Source of the DNA: Polyangiaceae bacterium
GTDB lineage: Bacteria > Myxococcota_A > Polyangia > Polyangiales > Polyangiaceae
Direction: 5' to 3'
Length of the DNA stretch: 64,000 nt
NCBI GenBank assembly: GCA_044376115.1
Contig: JBILLK010000007.1
Span: 128,001 to 192,000, forward strand
Shown here: positions 39,314 through 49,636 of the stretch, piece after piece
Layout of the letters: each line of letters begins with the position of its first letter
Position numbering within the stretch: the stretch's first letter is position 1
Made by a program: the position numbers and the translations under genes
Notes under the pieces: generated by a model
Told to the model about the DNA's origin: nothing
Seen by the model: only the letters and a program-made list of their open reading frames with translations
Database searches by the model: none

Positions 39314-40321
39314 TCAGGCGCGCCGCGCCCGCTCGACGAAGAAGCGTACATCGTCGTTCATGGCTACGGGCTCCAGGCTCGATCCAGGATGCGCGCGGGC
39401 CCATACGCGAAACACCTCATCGGCGAACGCCTGCCCGACCCCGGGTACGCTCTGGAAGTCGAGCACGATCTCGCGAAAGCGCTCCAGGCCGTGGAGCAAG
39501 CGCTTGGCTTCGGAGCGCGACAGAAAGTCGCGGCCCAGGCCGAACAGCTTCACCACGGTGCGGGTGCGCACGAAGGCGAAGTCTTCAGTGAACGCGTCGA
39601 AGACCTGCCGCAGCGTTTGGCGCGGTGGGCGGTCGATCACGGCGTTGATGAGGGTACCAACGCGTGCCGGCTCGGCCAGCAAGGCCACGTCGTCGAGTGG
39701 GGCATCGACGATCAGCACATGGCCGTTGGCGTGAAGCTCGAAGCGGCGGGCGACGCGTGACGAGAAGAAGATCCCTTCGCCCGAGTGACGCTCAGGCATG
39801 CTGGTCACCTTTCCCTTGGTGAGTTCGGCGCCGGCCTCGACGTGGCTCTCGAGCCCTCGTAGCGCCCGCACGCGTTCGAATGCCCCCACGCCGTCGTCCG
39901 AAATGGTGAGCTCGACCGAGCGCTCGTGCACGCGAACGGATACCTCGATGGACGTGCCCCCCGAGTGGTCGATGGCGTTGTTGAGCATCTCGCCTGCGAC
40001 GTAGGAAAAGGCGGCTGCCGTCTCACGGTCGAGCTCTTGCAATGACGTGACGCGGCGCTCTAGGTCGCTGACGATGCGGTCCTCTGCGGATGTCGCCACC
40101 GGGTAGCTGAAGGTGCGGCTCTCGAGCGTGCTGGCAGGCACATAGCGTGCGCCCCTCCCGCTCCCACTCGGGGCCAATCTTCCGGCCGCTACTTCGCGGC
40201 GAAGTTGAGCATGCGCGGTCTGGCGAGAGACGCCCAACGCTTCCGCGAGCTCCCCGGAGGACACGCTTCCATTCGCAGCCAGAAGGCTTGCGAGACTGCG
40301 ACTCTTGACCTTTCTTGGCAC
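39314..40321 (-). CDS. HTH + HATPase + STAS-like (DUF4325) protein
   Basis: ELAEALGVSRQTAH (HTH); EMLNNAIDHS, ISDDGVG, HSGEGIFFS (HATPase); LSRSEAKRLL..LDF..V..VGQAFADEVF (DUF4325). Confidence 0.9.
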   Translation of the reverse strand: MPRKVKSRSLASLLAANGSVSSGELAEALGVSRQTAHAQLRREVAAGRLAPSGSGRGARYVPASTLESRTFSYPVATSAEDRIVSDLERRVTSLQELDRETAAAFSYVAGEMLNNAIDHSGGTSIEVSVRVHERSVELTISDDGVGAFERVRALRGLESHVEAGAELTKGKVTSMPERHSGEGIFFSSRVARRFELHANGHVLIVDAPLDDVALLAEPARVGTLINAVIDRPPRQTLRQVFDAFTEDFAFVRTRTVVKLFGLGRDFLSRSEAKRLLHGLERFREIVLDFQSVPGVGQAFADEVFRVWARAHPGSSLEPVAMNDDVRFFVERARRA

Positions 40322-40492
40322 GTCAAGAAACGTAAGGTCGGTATTCGCTAAACGTCAACTCGTGTGCGCTAAATCGTCAAGCCTGCAACCATCCCGGAAG
40401 GTCGACGATAGCAGCCCAATGACGTTCTGGAGGGCGACGGGGTAGCCGATTTTCCCAGCGGACGGCTCGGGCCCTAGCGATATGCTCGCGGC

Positions 40493-41485
40493 ATGAGCAA
40501 AGCCGCAATCGACGCATTCTGGGCCTGGTGGCCCTCGGTGAAGGCGCAGCTCGACCAGAGCATCTCGAGCCGCGAAGGCTTCGACTCGGAGCTGGTCGAG
40601 CAAATCAACCAGCGCGTCGCGGCGATCAGCCCCGACCTCGATTGGGAGCTGGGCAAGGGATTGGAGAGCGCGCACCATATTTGTTTGAGCGCCAAGGGCG
40701 ATCCGGTTGGTCGCCTGACGGCTCAGCGCTGGCTCGCAAGCGCGCCCGAGCGCGACGAAACCTGGGAGTACCACGCAGCGCGGCAAGCGGCGCCTCCGGG
40801 GATGCGACTGGAGATCGCCGGTCACGAGGTCGGGCTCGAGGACTTCGTGTTCACGTTGGAGGAAGATGAGGGTCGCGAGCTGCTCGACGTCGTCGCCCAC
40901 CACCCATCGTTCCTCGCGATCGACGACGAAAATCTGCGCGACCGCATCACCTTCATCGCGCTCGACCAGGCGCTTGGCGAGGACGGCGTGGAGCGCTGGA
41001 TCGGCGCCATCGACGTAAGCCGAGAGTCGCTCGACGACGGGGTTTCATTGCAAGGACTGCGTGACGCGGTGGCCGAGCTCGAGGAGAACGCTACGAACGA
41101 ACGCTGGGCGGTATTGCGCGCCGGCAGCGACGAGCGTCCCATCTACGTCAGCGCGAACCTCGCGGCCAAGCGCATCAACAACCTCGAGCGTGACGTCCAC
41201 TTGGTGGTCCACGTTCCTCTCGCGAACCCAACCGAGCAAGGTCTCACCACCGATGAAGAGGCGAGCACGCTCAACGATCTCGAAGACGAACTCAGCGAGC
41301 GGCTCGGCGAGCACGCGCTCTACCTCGGACGCAAGACCAGCGAAGGCCGACGTGAACTCCACTTCCGCGTCCAAGAGGGCGGGCCGGCCGCCGCCGTCGT
41401 TCAGGCGTGGAGCTCTTCGCACCCGAGCTACCCGTTCGAGATCGAGATGAAGCTCGACCCGCGCTGGGAGCGCCGCGCCTGGTGA
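40493..41485 (+). CDS. DUF695 domain protein
   Basis: AFWAWW, LDQALGE, GL...EE...LNDLED, GRKTSEGRRELHF, DPRW. Confidence 0.8.
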   Translation: MSKAAIDAFWAWWPSVKAQLDQSISSREGFDSELVEQINQRVAAISPDLDWELGKGLESAHHICLSAKGDPVGRLTAQRWLASAPERDETWEYHAARQAAPPGMRLEIAGHEVGLEDFVFTLEEDEGRELLDVVAHHPSFLAIDDENLRDRITFIALDQALGEDGVERWIGAIDVSRESLDDGVSLQGLRDAVAELEENATNERWAVLRAGSDERPIYVSANLAAKRINNLERDVHLVVHVPLANPTEQGLTTDEEASTLNDLEDELSERLGEHALYLGRKTSEGRRELHFRVQEGGPAAAVVQAWSSSHPSYPFEIEMKLDPRWERRAW

Positions 41486-41556
41486 GTTGCGAGCTCGCTC
41501 CACGGTGTCCGAAACTATGAATAGGGCGCAGCTGGGAACGACGTAGCGTCCCCGTC

Positions 41557-43440
41557 ATGCCACCGCCGAAAGTTACTCAGCTCCTCGCCGCCGGAATCCC
41601 GCGTTTCTTACACGAAGGAGACGTCGAGTCGGTCGCGTTCGCGCCCGACGGGAGAACGCTCCTCGCGTCCGATCCGTACGCGACGACAATGTGGAATCCG
41701 GCTTCCGGCAAAGTGAGGTGGCGCAAGGACGGTGGTGGTGTCGCCGCGTTCCTCGACGACGAGTACGTGCTGGTCAGCGGCTATTTCAACAGTACGATCT
41801 TTGCCGCCGCGAAAGGTGGAATCGTCTCGCAGCTGCCCTGGTTCGCTTCGCACGCGGTCGGTATTGCGTTGGAGGGCATAGCCGCTGCGCTCGCATTCCA
41901 TACGGCGCTCACGAACGAGAAAGGTGCTGGCCTAGTCGTCGTCGATGGAAAGGGCGCGATCATCGTCGCCGAAGGCCAACCGAGCACTCTCGACGCGATA
42001 GCTCCACTAGCCGAGATGCGACCAGCTCTGGTGGCCGCGAAGCTCGCAGCCTCTCCCGACGGAAAGATTTTGGTCGCGAGCGAGCGCCGACGCGAGCAGA
42101 GGACCACTCGTGCGCTCGCGTCGCGCACGCTCGAGGAGCATTGGCAGATCGACGTGGGTGGGGACATCGCTTTCTCGCCGGACGGCACGCTCCTCGGCCT
42201 CTGTGATCGCGGAGAGCTCATCTACCTCGATCCGCGGACCGGCAAGGAGCTTGCGCGCGCACCGCACAAGGACCTGCGGGCGTTTGCCTTCTCTGCCGAT
42301 GGGTCACGCGTCGCGCTAGCGAAGGCGCGTACGGTGGAAATCGTCGATGCGCGGAGTTTTACGACGCTGATGACACTGGAGCCATTCGGGATGGCCCCGG
42401 ATGGACGGATCACGGCGCTCGCTTTCTCGCCCGACGGCCAGCTCCTGGCGGTGGGTCTAACCGATCGAGTCACGCTCTTTGAGCTCGCGTCCCACGAGGA
42501 ACGCGGCTGCCCGGCCGGGCACGCGCGCGGAGTATGGGCGATCGCGCTGCCGGGCGAGGGCGTTGTCGTAACGCGTGGTGCGCACGAGACGAAGACCTGG
42601 CGAATCGCGTCGGGCGAGCTGCTCTCCACGCAATCACGCGCGGAGGAGATCAGGCCCATCCCGGCGCTCGCGGTGACGCCGGAGGGCGCCTTGCTCGACG
42701 CGGAGCCCGGCGCGATTCGCGTCAAGAATGCGCGCGGAGACGTCGCAGCGACACTCGAGCCGACGCCACCGATGCCTCTCGCCGCCGGGAAACTCCTGGT
42801 GGCGCCTCACGCAGGAACGGCTCTAGCAATGATTCCAGAGCAAGCCGAGGGCGGGCAAATCGCGACGCTGCGACTCTTCTCGCTGCAGACCTTCGCTCAG
42901 AGCGCCGCGTCCTCCAAGCTCTCCACCTGGCTCTCCTTCGACAGCGCGCTCGCCATCTCTCCAGACGGCACGCGCATCGCGGTGCCTCACTCCAGCCAGT
43001 ATGACGACACCTTCAGCCACAAGGTCGTCGTCCGCGACGCCGCCAGCGGCGAGGTGGTGGGCGAGACGGAAACCCGCGCCGTCGTGTCGCTCGCATTCCT
43101 GGACGCATCACGCTTGCTCGTGGCGACGCCCGGAACGCTCGAACTCTTCACCCTTGGCGGCGGCCTCGAGCGGATCACCCTCTCCGACGCCGCAGAGGGC
43201 AGCGACGACGACGACGAGCCCTATGCGACGCATATCGTCGTTTCGCCCAACGGCCGCCTCGTCGCGCTCGGCAACGAGGACGACGGCACGGTCCGCCTCT
43301 GCGAAGCCGGCCGATGGAACGAGGCTGTGCTCTGCGCGAAGCGTATCGCCGTGAGGGCCCTCTGCTTCTCCGCCGACTCGAGGACGCTTGCAGCTGGGCT
43401 ACGGGACGGCTCGCTGCGTGTGTGGTCAATCGACTCTTGA
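41557..43440 (+). CDS. WD40-repeat protein
   Basis: Repeated VAFAPDG/AFSPDG/AISPDG units, GH dipeptide, terminal LRVW. Confidence 0.92.
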   Translation: MPPPKVTQLLAAGIPRFLHEGDVESVAFAPDGRTLLASDPYATTMWNPASGKVRWRKDGGGVAAFLDDEYVLVSGYFNSTIFAAAKGGIVSQLPWFASHAVGIALEGIAAALAFHTALTNEKGAGLVVVDGKGAIIVAEGQPSTLDAIAPLAEMRPALVAAKLAASPDGKILVASERRREQRTTRALASRTLEEHWQIDVGGDIAFSPDGTLLGLCDRGELIYLDPRTGKELARAPHKDLRAFAFSADGSRVALAKARTVEIVDARSFTTLMTLEPFGMAPDGRITALAFSPDGQLLAVGLTDRVTLFELASHEERGCPAGHARGVWAIALPGEGVVVTRGAHETKTWRIASGELLSTQSRAEEIRPIPALAVTPEGALLDAEPGAIRVKNARGDVAATLEPTPPMPLAAGKLLVAPHAGTALAMIPEQAEGGQIATLRLFSLQTFAQSAASSKLSTWLSFDSALAISPDGTRIAVPHSSQYDDTFSHKVVVRDAASGEVVGETETRAVVSLAFLDASRLLVATPGTLELFTLGGGLERITLSDAAEGSDDDDEPYATHIVVSPNGRLVALGNEDDGTVRLCEAGRWNEAVLCAKRIAVRALCFSADSRTLAAGLRDGSLRVWSIDS

Positions 43441-43456
43441 ACGAGCGGAACCAGCT

Positions 43457-44527
43457 TCAACTGAGCTCGTCGATCTCCTTGAGCAGGTCGCGGAACGCGG
43501 CCGCATTCAGCTTCGAAGGGCCGGCGAGTTCGGCGCGCAAACGTGGACCGGCGATCAGGGGTGCGCGCAGCGCGTAGGTGCGGAGAAGCGCCAGCTCTTT
43601 TTTGCCCCGTACGCCTGGGACCAAGAGGTCGAATGCGCGCTCGGTCCCGAGGTTGCCGAACGCATGCAACAGTGACAGCCCCGAGTTCGTTGGTGTGCGC
43701 GCGGCCACGGCGAGCAGCGGGTCGATCGCGTCGTCCCCGAAGCGCGCGACGAGCGTCGTACAGGTGGCGATCCCCGAGCCACCTGCCTGAAAGTACCTTG
43801 TAGGCCGTCGGGGGTCGAAGTCCGCCGCGAGCATTCGCGACGTCCGGCACTCGTCGTAGCGGCCGTGCTCCTGGAAGTGAGCGAGCGCCTCCGTGGTGTC
43901 GATGGCTGCGACGGCGCGCGCAAAGTCGTGTCCGAGACGGCTTGCGCCTTGCGTCGTCATGACCGTTCGGTCCGCCTCGCCGGAGGCAGGGAAGAGGTAG
44001 GTGATCACCGCGCGGTGCATCTCGGCCAGGGGGCTCGCGACCGCAGCTTCACGCAACGCGGTCTCGGCGCTGGCCGCCTCCGATTCGCCGGCCGCCGCGA
44101 GATGCCAACCCAGCCTCTCCCACGCGGCCCATCGGGCCTGTCCAGGCAGGTCCCCCTTGCACTCCGAGAACGCTAAGACGAGCAGCGTGGCCGCAGTGAG
44201 ACCTCCCGTTGCGACCCAGTGATCGACCACGACGTCGAGCCCTTCGAAGACCCATTTCGCCGTCATGCTTACGAAGTAGGCATCTGCAACGACGAAGGCG
44301 ACCGCCAGCTCCGTGTCGCGATCCGCGAGCTCGGTTGGCGCAGCCTTCGACGCGAGCCGTGGCGCGGCTCGCTCGACGAGCGGGGCCTTCTCGCATTTGG
44401 TCTTCGTCGCGCGTTTGCGGACCGTGTTCCAGAGGACGCGCGCTTTGAGCGGGATCGGTTTAGCCCAGGAGCGCCTGGGGTGGAGCAGCGCGCGAGCGTC
44501 CTCGGGCCAATCAGCGGGGTTTTGCAC
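43457..44527 (-). CDS. Hypothetical helical protein
   Basis: 356-aa ORF with LLHPRR at the N-terminus; weak resemblance to the region preceding DUF4132 domains. Confidence 0.6.
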   Translation of the reverse strand: MQNPADWPEDARALLHPRRSWAKPIPLKARVLWNTVRKRATKTKCEKAPLVERAAPRLASKAAPTELADRDTELAVAFVVADAYFVSMTAKWVFEGLDVVVDHWVATGGLTAATLLVLAFSECKGDLPGQARWAAWERLGWHLAAAGESEAASAETALREAAVASPLAEMHRAVITYLFPASGEADRTVMTTQGASRLGHDFARAVAAIDTTEALAHFQEHGRYDECRTSRMLAADFDPRRPTRYFQAGGSGIATCTTLVARFGDDAIDPLLAVAARTPTNSGLSLLHAFGNLGTERAFDLLVPGVRGKKELALLRTYALRAPLIAGPRLRAELAGPSKLNAAAFRDLLKEIDELS

Positions 44528-44551
44528 GAATACGTCCTTGATGGTGAAGGC

Positions 44552-45166
44552 TCAGTCCTTCTTGTACTTCACGCTCTCGCACATTGCGCGGAGCTCCTCG
44601 GCGCGCTTCATCTCGCCGGAGCATCTCCACCCGATGGTGTCGTTCGGAACGATGGCGACCATCGAGAATCCACCGGTCTTTTGCGACTCGTAGATCACGA
44701 AGTGAGCTTCGCCGATCTGCTTCTTCTCGAGCACCTTGGTCGCGATGTTCCGTTCGATGTAGGAGTCGACGGAGGAGAACTTCGGGAAGGTGTTCGATAA
44801 GGCGAGCGTGGCGTCGGCGTCGCCGAGATACTCGGGGTTCTTCACGGGGTACTGCGGCTTGTGGAGATCCGCGGGCATGGTCACCTCCCACGAGACGCCG
44901 TTCATCGAGACCTTCTCGACGATCGTCGCCACCTTGGCGGCCGCGGGGGCGCCGCTGGTCGCGGAAGCGGCTGAGGACGCGGCGGGCGCGCCGCTGGCCG
45001 AGGAGGTGGCGGGTGTCGCCTCGCCGCCACAGGCCGGGAGGGCGAATACGAGGGCGAGGAGCAGGCTGGAGCGCGTCGCGCGCGGGCATGCCACGCGACG
45101 GTTGACGCTGCTGCTCTTCGATTCGTGCGGGGCTGTGCTGTTTTGGTTGGGCTTCTCGGCGGGCAT
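44552..45166 (-). CDS. Lipoprotein, unknown function
   Basis: AAGGAG RBS; LVFALPAC lipobox after a polar leader. Confidence 0.7.
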   Translation of the reverse strand: MPAEKPNQNSTAPHESKSSSVNRRVACPRATRSSLLLALVFALPACGGEATPATSSASGAPAASSAASATSGAPAAAKVATIVEKVSMNGVSWEVTMPADLHKPQYPVKNPEYLGDADATLALSNTFPKFSSVDSYIERNIATKVLEKKQIGEAHFVIYESQKTGGFSMVAIVPNDTIGWRCSGEMKRAEELRAMCESVKYKKD

Positions 45167-45200
45167 CGTGGCACTCCTTCGAGTGCCGGAACCTACTAAT

Positions 45201-45216
45201 TGGCGCGAGTGTCGCA
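45201..45216 (+). promoter_or_regulatory. Candidate sigma-54 promoter (TGGCGCG-AGTG-TCGCA)
   Basis: GG-N10-GC spacing in an intergenic region 64 bp upstream of the gene at 45280. Confidence 0.35.
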
Positions 45217-45279
45217 ATTCATAGATTCGGACACGAGGGCCCCCTTAGGCTCGCCCGGCTTTGTCCGTTAGTTTCTTTG

Positions 45280-45711
45280 ATGCTGCGTCGGTTTTGCGCG
45301 CTTGGGTTGTTGGTCGTGCTCACCTCGTGTGGCGCAAGCACGCCTCATACTGCCGAACGCATCACCAAGGTGCCGCCTTACGTTTTGACGGCCGAGGATC
45401 TGCGGTACCGCATGCGGCGCTTGGGCAGCGAATTGTGGGTGAATACGCAGGGCGTGCTGGTTCACGGGGTGTGCGTGAGCTCGTGTGAAACCAACGTCGG
45501 CGGCAAGTGCGTCGCGCTGATCAACGACGAGCCCGACGGGGTCAAACCGATCGCGGTGCTGATCGAGTCGAGCCAGCTCGAGCCCGGAAAACGTTACGTT
45601 CTGCAAGGCTCGGTCGAGCCCAACTCATCGGTGCGCGGCCATTGGCTACTGCGCGCCCAGGTGCTCGCCGAGGTGGCGAGCAAGCCCGAGGTCGCGAGCA
45701 AGTCGCACTGA
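45280..45711 (+). CDS. Lipoprotein, unknown function
   Basis: LLVVLTSC lipobox. Confidence 0.7.
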   Translation: MLRRFCALGLLVVLTSCGASTPHTAERITKVPPYVLTAEDLRYRMRRLGSELWVNTQGVLVHGVCVSSCETNVGGKCVALINDEPDGVKPIAVLIESSQLEPGKRYVLQGSVEPNSSVRGHWLLRAQVLAEVASKPEVASKSH

Positions 45712-45761
45712 GAGAGCGCTCGGGTCGCCGCCAGCTCCCAACGCGACGCTGCAGCTCCCGG

Positions 45762-46148
45762 TCAGCGTTTCGGCGTTTCGAACTGAAAGACGATCTCGGT
45801 TTGCCGTACGAGTCCGAGGTCGTCGCGTGCGATGCGTTCGAGCGCGGCCGGATCGTCGCGCAGCCGGGCCGCAGCCCCGCGGCGTTCTTCGAGTTCGTGC
45901 GCCAGTTCGCGGTTCTCGGCCTCGACGGCGGCGAGTTCGCGCTCGAGGCCGCGCAAGCGCGGCAGCCCCTCGGGCGAGAAGATCATCACCGGCGCGCCGA
46001 TCAGCGCCACCACCAGCACGCCGATCGGCAGCCCGCGCTCGACCCACTGGCGCACCTTGTCGGAGAGCGAGCTGCGCTCGACGCTCGGCTCTCGCGGCGG
46101 GCTCGAGTTCGGGCGGCCTTTGGACTTCGGGGCTTTGCCAAGTTCCAC
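45762..46148 (-). CDS. ftsB: Septum formation initiator FtsB/DivIC
   Basis: One TM, FSPEGL, a coiled coil, then LERIARDDLGLVRQTEIVFQF; start uncertain. Confidence 0.85.
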   Translation of the reverse strand: MELGKAPKSKGRPNSSPPREPSVERSSLSDKVRQWVERGLPIGVLVVALIGAPVMIFSPEGLPRLRGLERELAAVEAENRELAHELEERRGAAARLRDDPAALERIARDDLGLVRQTEIVFQFETPKR

Positions 46149-46230
46149 AACCGGGCCTTGTGCCGGCTGGGCGCCCGCTGGGCCAAGTTTGTCGTAGGTT
46201 CTGCCGCTTGCGAGGGCTAGTCTTGGCCCC

Positions 46231-47508
46231 GTGACGCTCGAGTTATCGCGCCGGTTGCTTGCGACTGGAACCATTTCGGCGCGCGACGTGGAAGCCACGC
46301 TCTATCTCTCGGTGGTGCGCGGTGTGTCGGTGCCGCGGGCCCTCGTTGACCGCGGGATCATGAGTGAACGCGCGCTCGAGGAGGAGCTCAGTCGACGCTC
46401 CGGAGCGCCGTATCGACAGGTGCAGGCGGACGCGTCGCTGGTGGCGCGCTTGCCGCGTGGGCTGTGTCGCATGTTGGCCGCGGTACCGCTCGGGACCGAC
46501 GCGGCCGGCGTGGTTGAGTTGGCCGTGGTCGATCCGCTCGACGGCCATGTAGCGAGCGAGTTCGGCTTTCACTTGGGGGCCAACGTGCGCGTTCGCCGCG
46601 CGACCATGGTCGCAGTGGAAGAGGCCATTCGTGGCATGGAGCTCGCGCACGCCACCCCTGGCACGCGAGGCCGCCGACGCACGCCGGCCTTCCCGCACGG
46701 TGCACCCGAATCGGTGCCGCCCTCGCAGCCGCCGCCGTCGCAATCCCAGCCGGAAGACGTGCCCATTCCGCTCGTGCGGCGGGCTCCGATTGCGGCGGCT
46801 CAAGGCGAAGTCAGCTTGGAGGCGTTTCCATCGCACGAGCGCCGCTCGGTCAGCTTTCCGACCCTTCCGCCAGCGCCGCTCGTTCCAAGCGGCGCCGAGG
46901 ACGCGCTTGCTCAGCCCCCCGATAGCGAGGATCTCGAAGGGCCAACGATGGGGGAGGAGGACCCAACGCCGATCGATTCGGTCTATCCCACGCCGTCCGG
47001 GCCGTTCCCACCCACGTTACCGCGCACCCGGGAGGCCGGCTGGGTTCCGACGTTGCCCGAGCTGCTCGAGCTGATCGGGCGCGCGCGCGATCGCGATGAC
47101 CTGATCGATCTGGTGCTGCGCGCGAGCACCTTGGTGGCGCAACGAGCGGCGATCTTCGTGATGCGCAAAGAGGGCTTCGTCGGGTGGGTTTGCAACCCGG
47201 CCTTCGGTTCGGAGGAGGATCTGCGCACCGTGACCATCCGCGGCAACGAGCCGAGCGTGCTGGCGACGAGCGCTGCGGCAGGCTTCTATTTGGGGCCCAT
47301 CCCGCAAACGGCCGTTCATCAAGGCCTCCTGCGCGTGATGGGCCGGGCGAGCACCGACGTCGCGGTCTACGTCGTCAAGCTGCGCACCCGACCGACGATC
47401 CTGATCGTCGCCGACGAGCTCGACGACACGCTGATGGGCACCCGCGCACTCGGCGAGATCACCAAGCGCTGCGGCGAGGCGCTAGCGCGGCTCTTGTCCC
47501 AGCGTTGA
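46231..47508 (+). CDS. GspE/PilB N-terminal domain protein with Pro-rich linker and GAF-like C-terminus
   Basis: LPRGLCRMLAAVPL...LAVVDPLD...FHLG (T2SSE_N pattern); no ATPase motifs. Confidence 0.7.
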   Translation: MTLELSRRLLATGTISARDVEATLYLSVVRGVSVPRALVDRGIMSERALEEELSRRSGAPYRQVQADASLVARLPRGLCRMLAAVPLGTDAAGVVELAVVDPLDGHVASEFGFHLGANVRVRRATMVAVEEAIRGMELAHATPGTRGRRRTPAFPHGAPESVPPSQPPPSQSQPEDVPIPLVRRAPIAAAQGEVSLEAFPSHERRSVSFPTLPPAPLVPSGAEDALAQPPDSEDLEGPTMGEEDPTPIDSVYPTPSGPFPPTLPRTREAGWVPTLPELLELIGRARDRDDLIDLVLRASTLVAQRAAIFVMRKEGFVGWVCNPAFGSEEDLRTVTIRGNEPSVLATSAAAGFYLGPIPQTAVHQGLLRVMGRASTDVAVYVVKLRTRPTILIVADELDDTLMGTRALGEITKRCGEALARLLSQR

Positions 47509-47522
47509 GTCGGGAGCCAATC

Positions 47523-48101
47523 TCACTTCATCGTGCCCTCAATGAAGGCGCGCCCTACTTGCTCGATTTTTGCCACGACCTTACCGGCACCACACCAGAA
47601 CACCTCGCGACCGTCGGGGCGCCGCAGCGAGAAGGTTCCTCCGCTGAGTTTCGCAGCCAGCGGCGGGCCGTCCATCCATGGCTTCTGAAGTTGCACGGCG
47701 AACGCCTCTGCGTCGGCGGCCGTGTCGAACATTTGAACGTAGCAAACCTCGTGTTGGTTGCCGGGCGGTCGCACCCATACGAGACACCAGGCGTTGACCT
47801 CAACGAGTCGTTCCCCGCCGTAGTGTCTGCGCTCGAACACGATCGTCTCGCCGAACTTACGGAACTCGCCAGCCAACCGGTTGCAAAGATCGAGCGCGTG
47901 AGCCTGCGGATCGCTGGGAAACCGGTCGGCGTCGACGGGTTCCGGGGGAGGCCGAACCTCCGCCGCTGCGACGCTGGGGGCGAGGGTCGCAGTGGACCTG
48001 TCGGCCGCAGTCGCTGACGCAACCGGGGCGAAGCTTGGTTGACGCGGCGGCTCCGCGTGCAGACATGCGCACAGCCAAAGCATGGCGAGCGTAATCCGCA
48101 T
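47523..48101 (-). CDS. Exported/lipoprotein, unknown function
   Basis: MRITLAMLWLCAC signal followed by a Pro/Ala linker. Confidence 0.6.
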   Translation of the reverse strand: MRITLAMLWLCACLHAEPPRQPSFAPVASATAADRSTATLAPSVAAAEVRPPPEPVDADRFPSDPQAHALDLCNRLAGEFRKFGETIVFERRHYGGERLVEVNAWCLVWVRPPGNQHEVCYVQMFDTAADAEAFAVQLQKPWMDGPPLAAKLSGGTFSLRRPDGREVFWCGAGKVVAKIEQVGRAFIEGTMK

Positions 48102-48219
48102 TCGAGCGGTCTTCACGTGACGAGCGTAGCTCGCGCTTGCCCATCGATGTCACGCGACGTTCGCTGCTTTGGTTCGCCGACTCTTGTTCAATAGCTCGAG
48201 TCCAGCGTAGTCTTTCGCC

Positions 48220-49617
48220 ATGCGCAGCATCGTCGGGTTCGGGAGCATCGCTGTTTTGGTTGTCGCCTGCGGTGACAGTGCGGGCAGCGGCGGCAGCGGT
48301 GGCGGCGGCGGTAGTGAGGGCGGGGCTGGCGGTGCCTCCACCTCGGGCGTGACCTTCCACAAGGACGTCGAGCCGATTCTGCAGGCCTCCTGTCTCGGTT
48401 GTCACTACGAGGGGCGCATCGGCGGCTTCTCGCTCGAGACCTACGAGCAGGCGGCGCCGCTTGCCTCGATGATCGCGGCGGTCACCGCCTCCGGTCAGAT
48501 GCCACCGTGGCACGCGAAGACCACCGACGAATGTCAGCCGCGCTTCGAGTATCGCGACAATCCGTCGCTCAGCGCCGAGACAATCGCGACGTTGCAAGCT
48601 TGGGCCGACGCAGAAGCTCCGCGCGGTAACCCCGCCGACGCGCCGCCCACCTTCAAGCCGGCCGAGCTCGGTTTGCCCAACTCGGATCTCGATATCGAGG
48701 CGCCAGTAGCGACCACGGTGGAAGGGGACTCGGACCAGTTCGTGTGCCTGATCCACGACCCCAAGCTCGACCAAAAGCGTTACCTCGACGGTATGAACAT
48801 CGTGCCGGGCAACGAGAAGGTCGCTCATCACGCGCTGATGTTCCGCTTGACGCGGGCCGACGCGCTGGAGCTATCGGGCGGTGGGGATTCGTTCCCGTGT
48901 TTCGGCGCACCTCCCGGCGATTTGGTGCAGGCGTGGGCGCCCGGCGCGCAGCCGCTTCAGCTACCGCAGAACGTCGGGTTGGCGATGGACGCCGACGACG
49001 TGATCGTCGTGCAAATGCACTACCACCCGACCGGCGTCGGGCCCGAGCAAGACCGCTCGACGATCCAGATGCGCTTCATGGATTCCACCCCGGCCTACAC
49101 CTTCGAGATGGCGCTTGTCGGCAACGCGACCAACGCGCCCGAGCTCTTGGCCGGTCCGAACGATGCGGGCGGTCCTGAGTTCAAGGTGCCCGCCGGCGCA
49201 ACCGACCACACCGAGGCGATGGAGTTCACCGTGCCCGACCTTCCGATTCGCATCCCGATCTTGGTGGTCGGAACCCACATGCACTACGTCGGCGTCGGCG
49301 CGCGCTTCAGCATCGAACGTAAAGCCCCCGGCGACGAGCCGAAGGACGAGTGCTTCGTCGAGACCCCGCGCTGGGACTTCAATTGGCAACGCGGCTACAT
49401 GTACGACGCCGCCATCAAAGATCTCCCGACGCTCGGCAGCGGAGATACCCTGCGGATGGACTGCAACTACGACAACTCGATGTCGAACCCCTTGCTCGCC
49501 AAGGCGCTCGCCTCCGAGGGCATGAGCGCTCCGCAAGAGGTCCGTCTGGGCGAAGAGACGCTTGACGAGATGTGCCTCGGCGTCCTCGGTATCTTGGTCC
49601 CCAACGTCGGTAACTGA
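48220..49617 (+). CDS. Copper type II monooxygenase (PHM/DBH-like) lipoprotein with N-terminal CxxCH
   Basis: VVAC lipobox; CLGCH; HH, MHYH, HMH, WDFNWQ and DEMC copper-site motifs. Confidence 0.88.
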   Translation: MRSIVGFGSIAVLVVACGDSAGSGGSGGGGGSEGGAGGASTSGVTFHKDVEPILQASCLGCHYEGRIGGFSLETYEQAAPLASMIAAVTASGQMPPWHAKTTDECQPRFEYRDNPSLSAETIATLQAWADAEAPRGNPADAPPTFKPAELGLPNSDLDIEAPVATTVEGDSDQFVCLIHDPKLDQKRYLDGMNIVPGNEKVAHHALMFRLTRADALELSGGGDSFPCFGAPPGDLVQAWAPGAQPLQLPQNVGLAMDADDVIVVQMHYHPTGVGPEQDRSTIQMRFMDSTPAYTFEMALVGNATNAPELLAGPNDAGGPEFKVPAGATDHTEAMEFTVPDLPIRIPILVVGTHMHYVGVGARFSIERKAPGDEPKDECFVETPRWDFNWQRGYMYDAAIKDLPTLGSGDTLRMDCNYDNSMSNPLLAKALASEGMSAPQEVRLGEETLDEMCLGVLGILVPNVGN

Positions 49618-49636
49618 CGCCGGTCGCGGCTCCGTT

